Shown in pieces: positions 26,645 to 39,829 of a stretch of DNA of 64,000 nt. Location of the stretch: NCBI GenBank assembly GCA_030141605.1, contig JAQGDQ010000085.1, positions 124,001-188,000 on the forward strand, read 5' to 3'. The notes beneath the pieces are model-generated. The model worked only from the letters and a program-made list of their open reading frames with translations, was not told the origin of the DNA and ran no database searches. The position numbers and the translations under genes are program-made. Source of the DNA: Tubiluchus corallicola (taxonomy: Eukaryota > Animalia > Priapulida). Each line of letters starts with the position of its first letter. The stretch's first letter is position 1.

Positions 26645-26686
26645 TAGCCAATGTTTTGCACTCTGACGTATACATAGCATTGGCTA
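26645..26686 (-). promoter_or_regulatory. Candidate promoter of the granin/PLA2 gene: inverted CCAAT boxes around a CRE-like site
   Basis: TAGCCAATG (26645-26653), TGACGTA (26664-26670), CATTGGCTA (26678-26686); minus-strand donors at 26563-26564 and 26380-26381. Confidence 0.45.
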
Positions 26687-29094
26687 AAACGTGTAAAATT
26701 CTAGAGAGAAAGAGAGAGAAACATGAGAGAGAAAACAGATAAAGAAAGAGAGAGGTGAGCAAAGAACGACAACGATAACGATGGCAATGGACGGAGAAAA
26801 ACCAAGGAAGAGGAAAAAGAGCGAATGAGAAAGTAACGAAGAGAAAAGAGAGAGGCAGAAGAGAAAAAAAGACGAGACAGCAACAAAGATGACGATGACC
26901 CTGGGGAGAGAAAGAGGCAAGAAAAGAGAGAAACGAGCGAGAAGGCGCGACTTATAGAACGATGACAAAGTTTACTTGCCCAAACATGAAAAATATAAAC
27001 AATGTTGCAATATAGCTTGCATTGATTCTCTCGGGAGGGCACTTTGCAGAGTTGTTTTGTACATAACGTACGGAATAAGACACCTAACAGTTACACGAAA
27101 GGTGTTATCCAATATTAATAAAAATTCTTCACTTCAGACTGTTTAAAGCCCGAGATATAATAATAAAAGCTAGTTATTAAGGCTTTAAATGTGTGCTTAC
27201 AAGATTATCTATGAAGAATAAGTGATAATTAACGATAATCTGTGTGCGATTATGTACGATCATTGTCATTTTTATAAATAGTTTATTTCATGCATACTAA
27301 TTTCTTTCTTTTTTGTGTGTTTATACTAACTATTCCTTGTTATATTTTATGTATATATGGGTGTATCTGCTATGGTACGAAATAAAATAATAATAATAAT
27401 GATCCGTCATTCGTTCGGTCGTTTGAAAACTACCTACATTAACTGAGTGTTGGATTTTAACTTGCAAAGTGTTTGTATGTATCAAAAATCATCGTAATAA
27501 TAATAAAAAAAAAAAAAAAAAAAAAATAATAATAATAATAATAATTTTGCAGTAAGAGTACTAGAAGACTTCTATTGCACCGTTTTTCTGAACAGCGGTG
27601 TAATGCTCAAACCATGTTTGACTTGTTAATTATATAAGACTAATATGCGGTTTCTGTTAATACTTTTACGACGAGGGTAAATACTTAAATGGTAAAGAGG
27701 GTAGCAAACATTACGTCACTGCGGTTTGAATAGACTGGATTAATAAAAAACAGCAAAAGCTTTTTAATGTACATACATTCACTTGGTTTCCGTCGCCGCC
27801 TAAAGTAGCGTTTACCTAGCATCCGGAATGCGCATGCGTATCGGGATGCTGAATAGATAAAATTGGTTTATATTGTTTTCCGTGCAGCCGTTTATCAGAC
27901 CTGCGTTAGGCGCTATTTTTTTCTGCAGCTATTTCCTATTGATTTTTTTATTCCGTAGCTATTCCGCAGGCGGACAACACATGACGCATTCCGGATTAAG
28001 CATGAAATGTTTCGTAGTGCATTGTTCATCTAGCTCAAGTGAAGTACAATATAATAAATTACAGATTTATTGCATTAACCGTATTTGTATAGGCGTCTGT
28101 ACAAATACAATTGATATAGCCTCATTTCCGTCAATTTAAAGTGTTGAAACTTCAACATTTACTTACTGTCACGAAACATAAGACTTCATTTTTAATATTG
28201 CAATCACTTATTATCTGCTTATTTCATGTCTTTACTCACATAATGCGAGGAACTGATTACAATGAATATCCTACAAGAATTAGAGAAACTATACGTCTGC
28301 CTAACTAGCCTTTAATATTTTCAAACCGTACTTTGGCGTTAAGGATTTTTTTTTTAGTTAATCATCTTCCTAGTTACGTAACTGATAAAGTTCACACTTT
28401 TGGTTATAAATTCTTCACCAAGCTTTGTAAATTGTTTTTTCCGTAATACTTATTCTGAGGTTTTTATTTGATATTTAATTTATTGTATACTTGTTAATTG
28501 TTACGTATCCGTACTTTATTATAATCGTCGTTCATTAAGTTGCTATATAATTATTTCACATCTAGTTATGCGTATTTATGCTTCAATCATCGGTAAAATC
28601 CTATAGTGTAATATATTAATAGTTAACATCCTGTATGACAAATAGTTCACTGATCATCACTCATTGTTCATCATTACTTGTCATCATCGATCAAACTACC
28701 TGTATGCTACTAATGTTAATGGTCTAGGTGGCTTGTACGTTTTGCGTAGTTTTTGTCATTTATGGGTCTCCCAGCCTACAGCTGTACGTAAACCACAAAT
28801 GCAATTACATGTATGATGTTTTAAAATTGAAATATGAGTTGAATAAAAAACAAAAGTTAAAAGTTATACTACATATAACTTTCAGTCAGTTATTAAGATG
28901 TATGATCATATCAGGGCATAAAATTTGTGATTAAATTCAAATGTATTTTTTCTCAACGGGATAACATGGCACACGACACAGCTCAGAACCAGTTTTCCCA
29001 TTAGTTACCCATCCATTTACTAACTACTTACCACTATTTAAATATTATAGTCAGCTCACATGCTAATTAAAGGCTATCCCAAAAATGAAGTTTG

Positions 29095-29177
29095 GCAACA
29101 ATAAACCTTTTCACAGTTCCAGCGATTCATGATAATCGTGAAAAGGTCAAAGGTTAAGTGTACCAGACAACGCATTA

Positions 29178-29249
<72 letters not shown>

Positions 29250-29550
29250 ATGTGTGTGTCAGAGCCTCGCAGCCCATGCTATTGTAATAGTAAAAGTTTT
29301 AACAGCTAGCTAGAACCTTACCTAGTTCGTTTTTTCTTGTTCCCAAGGAAGATCCTGCTAGTAAATCACTCTGTATCACACAGGCTAATGCATAATTAAG
29401 TAAAGTCTACGCAAAAACTGAACTGATGCGCCAGACGGCTTTGCTTAACGCACATGTTACGTGGCTGTTATAGTTAAGACGCGTTGATGGGGTTCAGCAA
29501 CCTTTGGCCTACAGCAGCTGCGCGTGCGCACAACGAAACTGTGAAAAGGC
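29095..29550 (-). repeat. Same repeat, copy B (inverted), interrupted by a (TA)n expansion at about 29183-29251
   Basis: Colinear similarity to 16070-16460 on both sides of the (TA)n run. Confidence 0.85.
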
Positions 29551-30788
29551 TTATTACTCTCAGAACTTTATTGTTAGAACCTTCAGAACCCACAGACAAG
29601 CACTTGATTTGTTTGACAAGTAGATTAGACGGTTCAACTGTGGCATGAAGCCAAACTCCTGGCAGCATGGCTTCAGTTTTATCATGTTACGTGTTGACCT
29701 TTAGTCTCCAGCATCTTGCATCATTTATGAATTCATTTAAGCATTGATCTGTTAACTGATGGCAAGTGTCTCCATCTTCAGAGGTTAACTGGAGGTACAC
29801 GAGCTTCTGCAATTCTTTGAGTAGTTTCAGGTAAATTTGTAAATTTCAGCGCAGAGAACTTCCTATAGGTAGTCTTGCAGGTAGTTTTATGGTTTTCAAA
29901 TGTTAATTGCGCCATTTGGTGTGTTTTAACAAAAACAGTTTTAACAGAGCATAAAATAAATGGAATTTTAAAGTCATTCATTTGAAACAAAACTAGTAAA
30001 CGTGCATTTTATGTATTATTGATTTTATTGTTCACTATAATCTGTATTTTCTCAAAGTTTGTTCATGTTACGTATCGTAAACCCCTGGATTTCATCACAA
30101 CGCAAGAAAACCAATGGTACGGTGTTGGGCGATTATCACATCAGTTCGTATTCAGAGACAATCTAGAAATTCCCGCCAATTGACAATTATTTGACTTTTA
30201 TAAATCATTCTATTGTTTTCTTTTTAGTTTTGAAAGAGAAACCTTAGTTAGTGCACGTTTTTTTATTTGGTGGAATAAAAATTAAAAGTTGACTAAGATA
30301 ATGAAATACGAATGCAACTGTAGTTAACAGTTCATTGTTCGGGTCACTAGAGTTGAGTGTATGTCAGTACCTTCATAAAGATGCCCATTTAAATCAAGCA
30401 CTTAGAAAGACAGCTTTCCAGCATCTATTAAATAAATAATACGACCACGAAACATTAAGCAGCTTTTAGACATAGGCAAAGAACTTAAAACTGAACCGTC
30501 GTTTTTGCAAAATCTCTATAGATTTCTTCGAGTACCTTCCGGTACGTTACCTAGTAACGTAATTTAGCTCAATTATTTATTAACGGGCGATCCCGCTTCA
30601 TCATTATAGCGTGCATAACGCTGCAATTACTATTTCCAATGTTCTAAAACCTTATTACTTGCGTATATTTTCTGCAATAAAGATTTATACACGTACGGAA
30701 ATCTTTGCTGTAGAAATTGCGCCCCTGCACATTATTTTTTATGACATTAGGATTTGGACGATAATGAAAATAACGTGTATGTTTCACG

Positions 30789-30938
30789 TTCTATTCTATT
30801 CTGTCCTGTTCTGTTCTATTCTATTCTGTTCTATTCTATTCTATTCTATTCTATTCTATTCTATTCTATTCTATTCTATTCTATTCTATTCTATTCTATT
30901 CTATTCTATTCCATTCCATTCTATTCTATTCTATTCTA
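30789..30938. repeat. (CTATT)n microsatellite
   Basis: Direct reading. Confidence 0.97.
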
Positions 30939-32442
30939 CATATGCATACATCAGGGAATATTGGTTGATGTCTGTGCAATACAGCAGGTTTTCATAAAAT
31001 ACCTAAATTAAGACTAGTAAAAATATTACAGTGGTAATGCTGATTTTGTGCGTTTGATTATAAAGCTTGATTAAAATAAATTTTCACTATAAATCGTAAT
31101 GTGCTTTAAGCAAAGACAGGACATTCTGATACGATTAACACGTGAAACCTGGATTATGACGACTGCTATGCGTGATAAGGCACTGATCGTGAGACTATTG
31201 ATGATGGCTATTCAACGACAAGTAGAAACTCAATTAAAATGTAACAAAGACCCTATTGCTCGAAGCTCGGGATTCCTGGAAGCTCTCTAGATTTCACTTC
31301 ATTTCCGTGCGCGCCACCAAAATGCAAGAAGAACATTTTCGATCATTCAGCCTGGTAAGCAAGAAGTTTTGATGGGATGAGGAGTTTATTGAGGACGCTC
31401 ATGTTTTACTAAACTTGAATTCTCAGTGGAAAACATTAAAGTGCTCAAAGGGCAGTCACCATATTGCACTTAACCGTTTAGTCCAGTACGCTATGCATTG
31501 TGTGCGTACACCCTGAAATATTCAATTATAATTGAAAATAAAACAGAAATTAACAAACAAAACAATGTAGCTATTAGTAAGTTGGTAACGGTGAAAGTGG
31601 CATGCTATGGAGTTGAATTCCCTTTTGTGGGGGGAGGAGGGTGGAAGAAACATAGCCCTCTAACCAAGGAACTTTGATCTATTAGTGCCAATAACGTGAT
31701 TTGGAACGAGGTATTTTTCTATTTTATGTGGTATCTTTTGCCGAAATAAAGAAGCATTGAATTGAATTGAATGTGACCGACGCTTTTATTTGAGGAGAAC
31801 ATCATCAGTTACAAAAACTGAAGAAGAGAGTCAAGATAGTACAAATCAATGGAATGTCCATTAAAAATTGTAAACAATGGGAATAGTCACCTAAAAAAAT
31901 AGCAGAATAGCGAACTAACATCTTGGTTATTGAGGTGGCATATAAAGGGTCCAGGTATGCCCCGAAACCTGATGAAGCATTGTAACTGCTGATGGCCTTT
32001 TATAGTGACGCAGAGATTTTTGTGAATTGTTTTTTGCCTGCTCGATGTTTTACTCCAATAGTCATAGTGACCGAAATTTTTGTTGTCATAGAGCTATTAC
32101 CAATTGCAAACTAAATCAAACTAGTGTTCATAAACATAGGCCTAGAATAAGAGAAGACGGCTAGGTTTGAATATAGTAACCAGTAGATCGACTTACAGTT
32201 TAATGTGCTGTTTGTGATGTTACCTACATTGGTCAGGCTAAACATCACTCTGTTTATTTGAGTGATCAGTGAAGTGTTACTTACTTAACCTTGATTATCT
32301 TGATCAGGTTTGGGATTTCTAGCGACTAGAAGCCTAGAAGATGTATACACTTTAACCTTTAACGTGTTTTAATTGATTGGTGATGGCAAAAACGAATTCT
32401 TAAAATATAAATTACAGCCAACACCTACTTAAGCAAAGACAT

Positions 32443-32690
32443 GGCTTTCATTCAGACACAAACATCTGCATCCAGTTATGGTCATGTTCACGCAAAAATC
32501 CACCTAAATAAAAATACAGTGTATAAACATTCAAAAATCAATATTGTGAGAAAGATTTAGTATTTGTCTTGTTTGCTTTTCAATTGATCTTTGTAATTTT
32601 TATACACTGTGTTTATTTAGGTGGACTGTTACGTAAAAATGACCATAACTGGTCAAAACGTTGCAGATGTTTGTGCCTGAATAAAAGCCT
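32443..32690. repeat. Foldback inverted repeat (~100-bp arms), probable MITE
   Basis: GGCTTTCATTCAGACACAAACATCTGCA..CCAGTTATGGTCAT..TCCACCTAAATAAA..CAGTGTATAAA mirrored on the right arm. Confidence 0.8.
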
Positions 32691-33294
32691 TTTCTTAAGT
32701 CTTTTCTTAATTGGGTACTGGCTATTATTTTTGTGTTTTAATTATTTTACAATGTATTAATGCTGAGGATCTTAAGAACGAAGCCCTCCGCTTCATTTTT
32801 AAAAGCTGTGTTGTTTCACTTCCTGTTTGAAATTAAATCATGCACTTATATAGATTTTGTATTTTAAACGTTTGAGCGCACGGCGATAGAAAACGCTTGC
32901 CGTGAACAATATTTTATTGGCGATATTTCAAATTTACCATGAATTTTGTGCAGTTACTGTTGCTTTGTTGGTCATTAAATTAAAGATAAACATGTTTTCG
33001 CAAATGAGGCCCAAGAGGCCAAGCTTTCAAACTTTATGATATAAGCAACTTTGTAGATGTTTTATAAGCAAAATTTACAATGCACATGCTACTGTATGTA
33101 GAAAAACATAAACATACAGATTGCAAAACTAAACGATGCTTCGAAAGTTGAAAACATAACCACGTATATCCACGAGAACTGATGACTTTGAATAGAGCCT
33201 ATCGTAGCTTGAATTTCATAATGCATCATTAAAACTACCAGTGTTATAACACGTCCGATTTTCATTGTTTTTCATTGCTTTTCACAAGAAAGAA

Positions 33295-33604
<310 letters not shown>

Positions 33605-33881
33605 ATCTTTTTACACAGTTTTTTGCCAACGTGATATTATTTTGGCTAGCAAAATTGTTTCGAGAATTGATGTATTTAGAGTAATTTCAATAATTACTTG
33701 CTGTTTTAGAAATAAGTGCGAATAACTATAAGCATGCAGTATGTGGTTTTATAAAGCCAACAAAACCTGTGACAGATAGACTTAAATTTTATTTCTACAT
33801 TCTTGATTAAACTTGTTCACCGTACATGATGGGACCAAGCTAGGACAGCCAAAATCCGGATATCTTGTCCTGGCAATATTA

Positions 33882-34019
33882 AGGCTAAAATTTACTATTT
33901 CCCACACACAAGAAATTTGGTCGCGAAGCGGGTTAGGATTAGGATTAGTGTTAGGGTTAGGATTATGGTTAGGGTTAGGGTAAAGGTATTTAAATTAAGT
34001 GGGGGAATCGTAAACTCCT
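33882..34019 (+). mobile_element. Short element with subterminal inverted repeats enclosing degenerate TTAGGG repeats, copy 1
   Basis: Aligns to 43072-43215. Confidence 0.75.
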
Positions 34020-34819
34020 TCCAATATTAAACAATGTAACTTCTTTTTACCAAAATAATCTTTTCGTTAACGTTCTTTACTATTTTTGTACAGCAGCTTA
34101 AGCAAAAATTTTGCTGAGCGTTGTGGAACACGTAATTAATTACTTTTTATACTCATGGGGTCACCGACTCCTATAAGCTTCTATATTCATTTACAAAACT
34201 GCTGCAGTTTCTCAGAAGACTTTAGTAGCTGTAAGAGTACGTGCAGTCTACACAGTTGTGCAAGTTTTTGAGCAAGGCATTAATTACGAAACCAATTAGC
34301 TAAAAACCTGTCTAATGTCATATGCAACTTATAATACAAAGGATCTATTAAACAAGGTAATAGTAATAGGTAATTAATAGTAATTAAACATAGTAAGGTA
34401 TATTATAATAATAATTATAAAGTTTCGGCAGACAATAAACAATAATCTATAGGCATTCGTTTGTAAAACTGAAGGGCTTGTTTTTTAAAATCTACATAAA
34501 AATAATAACACAGTTTTTAGATGAACTACCATCTACCCAGAAAACAGCAAAGAGCCATTCGACATGCCTAGTAAACTCTTTCGATTAATCGGATAACTAG
34601 ATGGTTTAATGTTTTATTTAAATTATTATACAAGGGCCGTTTTAGCGCATGGGCACGCTGGGCCGTCGCCCGGGGGCCACATGAGCATAGATAGAACCCC
34701 TATGCTAATCCATGTAACCCATGCTGATCCAAATTTCAACCTGAAGCTTATAAAACATCAGCTTCGTAGCAGAATGAGGTAGGAGCGTTTGAAGTGGCTT
34801 TCACTCATGTGTATGTACT

Positions 34820-35255
34820 GAGAGACCTCAGTGGTAGGATGGACATTTTAGAAGAGAAATCAGCTATGGCTTCAGAATCGGCTACGCATGAACACCATGA
34901 GGACCTATCTTCAACCATTGTCATACGAAATCGACCACAGGAAGACGATGAAGACCTCCGCGTCGCTATGAACAGTTTAGTCAAGGATGGTCCAAAGTTG
35001 AAGCACATCGAATGAAAGTCCGCTTCTCGCGAACGTTCTTATAAGAGCAGCAAGCCAGGTGTTGTCGTAGCCAGACTTCATTTTCTCGAGCACAAGAAAG
35101 CTATTTTGAAACTTAAATCAACTTTGGCTAAACAGGGACAGTATCAGATTGTGCTTCTTAGTAATGACAAAAACTCGAGACCAGAGAGTCAGTGAGCAGA
35201 ACTTTGAAACACTTATTAAAGCTCTTGGCTCAGACGTCCTTACCATGAAGGGTGA
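34820..35255 (+). pseudogene. Decayed LINE ORF1-like (coiled coil + RRM) fragment
   Basis: DLSGRMDILEEK...TIVIRNRPQ...VNSLVKDG-like...KPGVVVARL...KKAILKLKSTL...; internal stop at 35013 and frameshifts. Confidence 0.6.
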
Positions 35256-36437
35256 TAGTTACAAAAAGTCAAGACCAGTGACCAGAGAGATGAAAATCAC
35301 ATCACATTTGCCGGGGAGGCGCAAATGAGGTATTTGAAAACTTTTCAGTTTTTTACACGAACACTAGAAGTTTGACTAACTAAGCAAAAAGTAGATCTTT
35401 ATGTTTGAACTATGAACTATTGACTATGAACTATGAACTACATGAAATATATGAGCTATTATCTGTGAACCAACGCCAGGTGGAACGTAAACCCTGCCGA
35501 GACGCTGACAATCCTAAAAGATGTTCTACATTTCTGAATAAACATGAACTACATTGCAATAGTGTTCACGGTAAGCCAAAATTAGTCCCCAGATGCACCT
35601 CTCTATCTTCAAATCAAAAGCCATAAAATAAAGCACAGAAAGCGCAGTATTGATTGTCTTCTCAACTAAAGGAAGTGCAAAAATATCAGACCAGTTTGTA
35701 GAGAGCGTAATTTTTTTACTAAGCAGTAGATCTAATTTTAGCACTTTTCCCCGTGATTAAGTTGTAAACTAAACGAATCCATGCAGTACTCACCAGTATA
35801 AACGAATCGGATGATCAGTGTGAGAAATTGTCTACTCGTAAACCTTTCCGAGATTGTCCATATAAAATTTCCGGAAAATATTCGTTCTTGTGCGCAGGCT
35901 TCAGCCGCGTCCTGAGAAGCCAAATCAGTCGATGATGCAGAGCACCCTAGGGGCGCATGCGCTCCGCCTGTTTACTCGTAGTAAGCAACAAATCAAGCGA
36001 TTATTAGTGCACTGATCAATTCTATAATCGTGCTTGATTGGACTGTAGTTGAGCTAAAGTTAGCACATCTACGTGTGGTCACTGGCTAGAAAAAAAATCA
36101 ACATTTGTTGACGTTGTAAAAAATGCAAGCATAAACGTTTTGCATTAGCTTCAAGTTTTGATTTCTGAAAGCTCCCAATAGAGACTTTAAAAGAATTCTA
36201 TGGATAGGAAGAAACTGATCCAAAGTAAATTAAACTATATATCATAGAGTAATTTTAACAAATAATTAAATTGAGTTGTCAAGTTTAATATAAATTCTAC
36301 ATTCAAAATTTTCAAAGCCATTTTCAAAAATTAATAGTGCCTCTGAGTACTCAATGTCCCTGCCTTTGCCATTGCCGTTGCCATTGGCGTTTTCGCTGAC
36401 GTTGCCTCCTACTGTTGCTGTCGTTGCTGATTCTGAA

Positions 36438-36503
<66 letters not shown>
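36438..36503. repeat. (GCT)n trinucleotide repeat
   Basis: Direct reading. Confidence 0.97.
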
Positions 36504-36508
<5 letters not shown>

Positions 36509-38689
36509 TGTTGCCTTGAAAGGTAGAATCATACGATGACATTCGATTGTATAGCTTGTGGGAGTTTTGAAGATTTGTTAACAACTAATTACATATTAAT
36601 ATAAAATACAAGGCCAGTCAATTTGCTTTTCAATTAACTCAGAGTTGGCACGTCTAATTGCAAAGTCATGTTTTCTTGACACAAAGCAGGATTGCTTGGA
36701 TTTCGGTCAACCACTTCGCTGAATGCGGTTGGTTGATTAACACAAGGAAAACGTAATTTACCTTCCAGGTCTATTTGCCATGTTATTAAGATTATAAGCA
36801 CTGCTTAAACATAAAACGTTTATTATATTGTCAGTAGCTATCGCTTGCTAGGACACCACAAGTAGTTTCTGCATAAAGATAACGGGGCGTAAAAGTTACC
36901 GTGATCGCTATAACTGGTATTCAAACAATTTTTATTGCAAGCATTTCAACATTTCGTTTGTTATTTTCATTATCGCAACAGAAGAAGAAGAAAGAATTTT
37001 CACTATCAGCGTATAGCCTGTAACAAGAAAAACTCGGTCAATAACAAATAGTTGATTAAAAAATCACCTAATCTGTAACTGTACAGTGGGTATAATATTT
37101 TGCAAAAATGTTCTTTAATGTGTAAATAACATGCAGTGTGCGAATAACTGCATCTTTTGAACAGCAGTCAGTGCTATTCTGTACACTTGACATTTTCATA
37201 TATAGAAGTAGTTGTTCATTAATTACTTACTAATGAAGGTATGTAATACATAACATACTGCAACCTCGTCTCACGCTCACACGTAATCATACATGTCGTC
37301 AAATGACAGACGTATTTAGCCAGCGAGCAAGTTTGAAAAGGGCAGTAGTATCTCCGAATTAACTTCCGAGTCGATTTGAGCCGTGCCACCTCACTTTTAA
37401 TGAAGGTTAAGCTGGCATATTGACAGGAAAATGGGATTTTCGATCAACTCGGCATTAATCTTGATCATGTCAGACTGAACAACCAAATCCCTTTTGATTA
37501 CGGAATGCTAATAACAAATGGTCTCGGAGGCCATTACACAGCACTGCTGATGGGAAATAAAAATTCCTTATTTATTGTTCTACACGTCAGCGAAAGAGTT
37601 AACGAATAATGAGTGGCGAGAGACTAGATTGCAGGTCAGCAGTTAAGAGCACGTAGGGTTCCCATACAGACCATGGTCAAAGAATGGAATTTCTCCGATA
37701 AGAAAGAATAACGCCATAATTGATAAAGCCATGCAGGCATAACTGAAGATTAGTCGTTGTATTTACTTATGTGTGTTTATTTAATCATACTTGCTGATTA
37801 TTTCTTTAGAGATGCTCATAGTTAAGCAACACTTAGTTCACGCAACTAAACGCACGCACTCACAAACTCACTCACATGCATGCAGACACATTCTCTATCT
37901 TTATGCAAACATATAATTATATATATATTTATTTATATATTATATGATATATATATCATACGTTTTGATTGTATTTTTATGGATTCTATCGTATTTTTAT
38001 TTTACACAGCACATCAAAACGTGCAATGTGAGATTTTATGTTTTAAAAAAGTAAAAAAAAACATGAAGTTAATGGTAAGGAATTGAGCTTTACGGAAGTA
38101 CAGATACCATCCTCTGCATACAAACACAGTTAACAGAGCATAGATTCCACAATGCATAGAACTTACACTATTTGCCCACCTAGACCTTAGCACCCCGTTA
38201 CCAAAACACTGTCCTAGATCATAGAACGTGAACAGGTGGTCAACACAACAATGGCTACAATAAAAGTTCAAGGAAGAGAAAACAACATGTAAATCCCAGG
38301 TTAAATCACGCTAAAGTTGAAAAAAGAACCCAGCAGGATGCTAGCAACACTTGGTTTTTTGTGACTGTCATATGTGGTCTGCTTATAATAGCTCAAACAT
38401 CGTTTCACGACTTTAACCAGATTGATCATCTTGCTACCCTGCAAAAGTCAGCCCCAGGTAGAACTTAGTGCTTGTGGAAATTTTTCGTTGTTGTTGTGCT
38501 GCATCAAGGTGAGTTATAGAGAACTAATTATGGTTATTACAGACATAATGGTTTGCTTGAAATTACTCGCCTAACAGCGTTAAACAACAAATATAAATAA
38601 GCTTCATACTTTGAAATGTTCATTTTCGTAAGTTTTTAGTATAGCTCAAAATAATAGAGTTAGTTTCTCATTTATTCAGTCAGGCATAG

Positions 38690-38750
38690 TCAATCAGTCA
38701 GTCAGTCAGTCAGTCAGTTAGTCAGTTAGTCAGTTAATTAGTCAGTTAAT
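38690..38750. repeat. (CAGT)n microsatellite
   Basis: Direct reading. Confidence 0.9.
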
Positions 38751-39317
38751 TAAAAAAGCCCAAAATGACGAAGCTGGAACAAACAGGATATTGTAGTACA
38801 ACTATGTACTATTTTCAGCTAAAGAAAAGAAATAGAGGAAGAAAAACGCTAGTAAAACGTTAAAATATTGTTAAACGTTAGTAATCATTCTTATTTTGTA
38901 ATCTATACTATGAACGAGTTTTGCTAGTTTCTTAAGCTCGTTGAGTGACCTTGGAGATTTTGAATTAGGCCGAAATGGAGTAGGATAGTCCATTTCATAA
39001 TAATAATTCGTTTTGAAATACAACATCAAGAAAAAATGATTTGGGCGCAACAAACTTCAGGCTATTGTGACCTAACGGCTTTATCAAATTCGTAATAAAT
39101 ACAAAACATGAGGCAATCTTATCAAGTTTCCAAGTTTAACTGAGTGCTGAAACGAAGCAGTAAACGAATTTACTTAAACTAGCATGGATAATTAGAGTTT
39201 ATAATTTCGAGCAATTAATAGCTAATCAGTAGTAGTCATCAAATAATTAATAATCGTATGGTAATTAAATTTCATTATAATTTATTACAAAAATAGTAAA
39301 CAACATCAAAAGGTTTA

Positions 39318-39390
39318 TGCCCCGAGTGAGGCTCGAACTCACGACCTTCAGATTATGAGACTGACGCGCTGCCGACTGCGCCATCGAGGC
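39318..39390 (-). tRNA. tRNA-Met (CAT), elongator type
   Basis: GCCTCGATGGCGCAGTCGGCAGCGCGTCAGTCTCATAATCTGAAGGTCGTGAGTTCGAGCCTCACTCGGGGCA folds to a cloverleaf; GTTCGA T-loop; TTTT terminator just downstream. Confidence 0.97.
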
Positions 39391-39829
39391 ACGACGACAT
39401 TACTTCCGTTAAATTTACTTCTTTCATGGCGTCAGGCATTGGCAGGAAACTTAACCGTTTATTCAGTTGTAATTTCTACAAAAAATTAGATAGCGAATAC
39501 GTACAACTATAGCGCACAACTCTATAATGATTGCTGAGCTCCATAATTGTATTTCAGCCCAAAAAGGTTGAAACTGATGTCAAGCATAGCAACAGATGAG
39601 ACTGACGCGCTGCCGACTGCGCCATCGAGGCACGACGACATTACTTCCGTTAAATTTACTTCTTTCATGGCGTCGGGCATTGGCAGGAAACTTAACCGTT
39701 TATTCAGTTGCAATTTCTACAAAAAATTAGATAGCGAATACGTACAACTATAGCGCACAACTCTATTATGATTGCTAAGCTCCATAATTGTATTTCAGCC
39801 CAAAAAGGTTGAAACTGATGTCAAGCATA
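39355..39829. repeat. Near-identical tandem duplication, period 241 bp (39355-39588 / 39596-39829)
   Basis: Direct alignment by eye, only a handful of substitutions. Confidence 0.95.
39596..39631 (-). pseudogene. 5' half of tRNA-Met (nt 1-36, ends at anticodon) in a 241-bp tandem duplication
   Basis: Identical to 39355-39390; lacks T-arm/B-box. Confidence 0.9.

Noticed and set aside
26684-27042. Hydrophobic Leu/Phe/Ser ORFs
   Set aside because: Product of a purine-rich low-complexity tract
30611-31011. (SILFY)n ORFs
   Set aside because: Translations of (CTATT)n
36266-36584. Poly-Ala/poly-Ser ORFs
   Set aside because: Translations of (GCT)n; no supporting splice context or homology recognised
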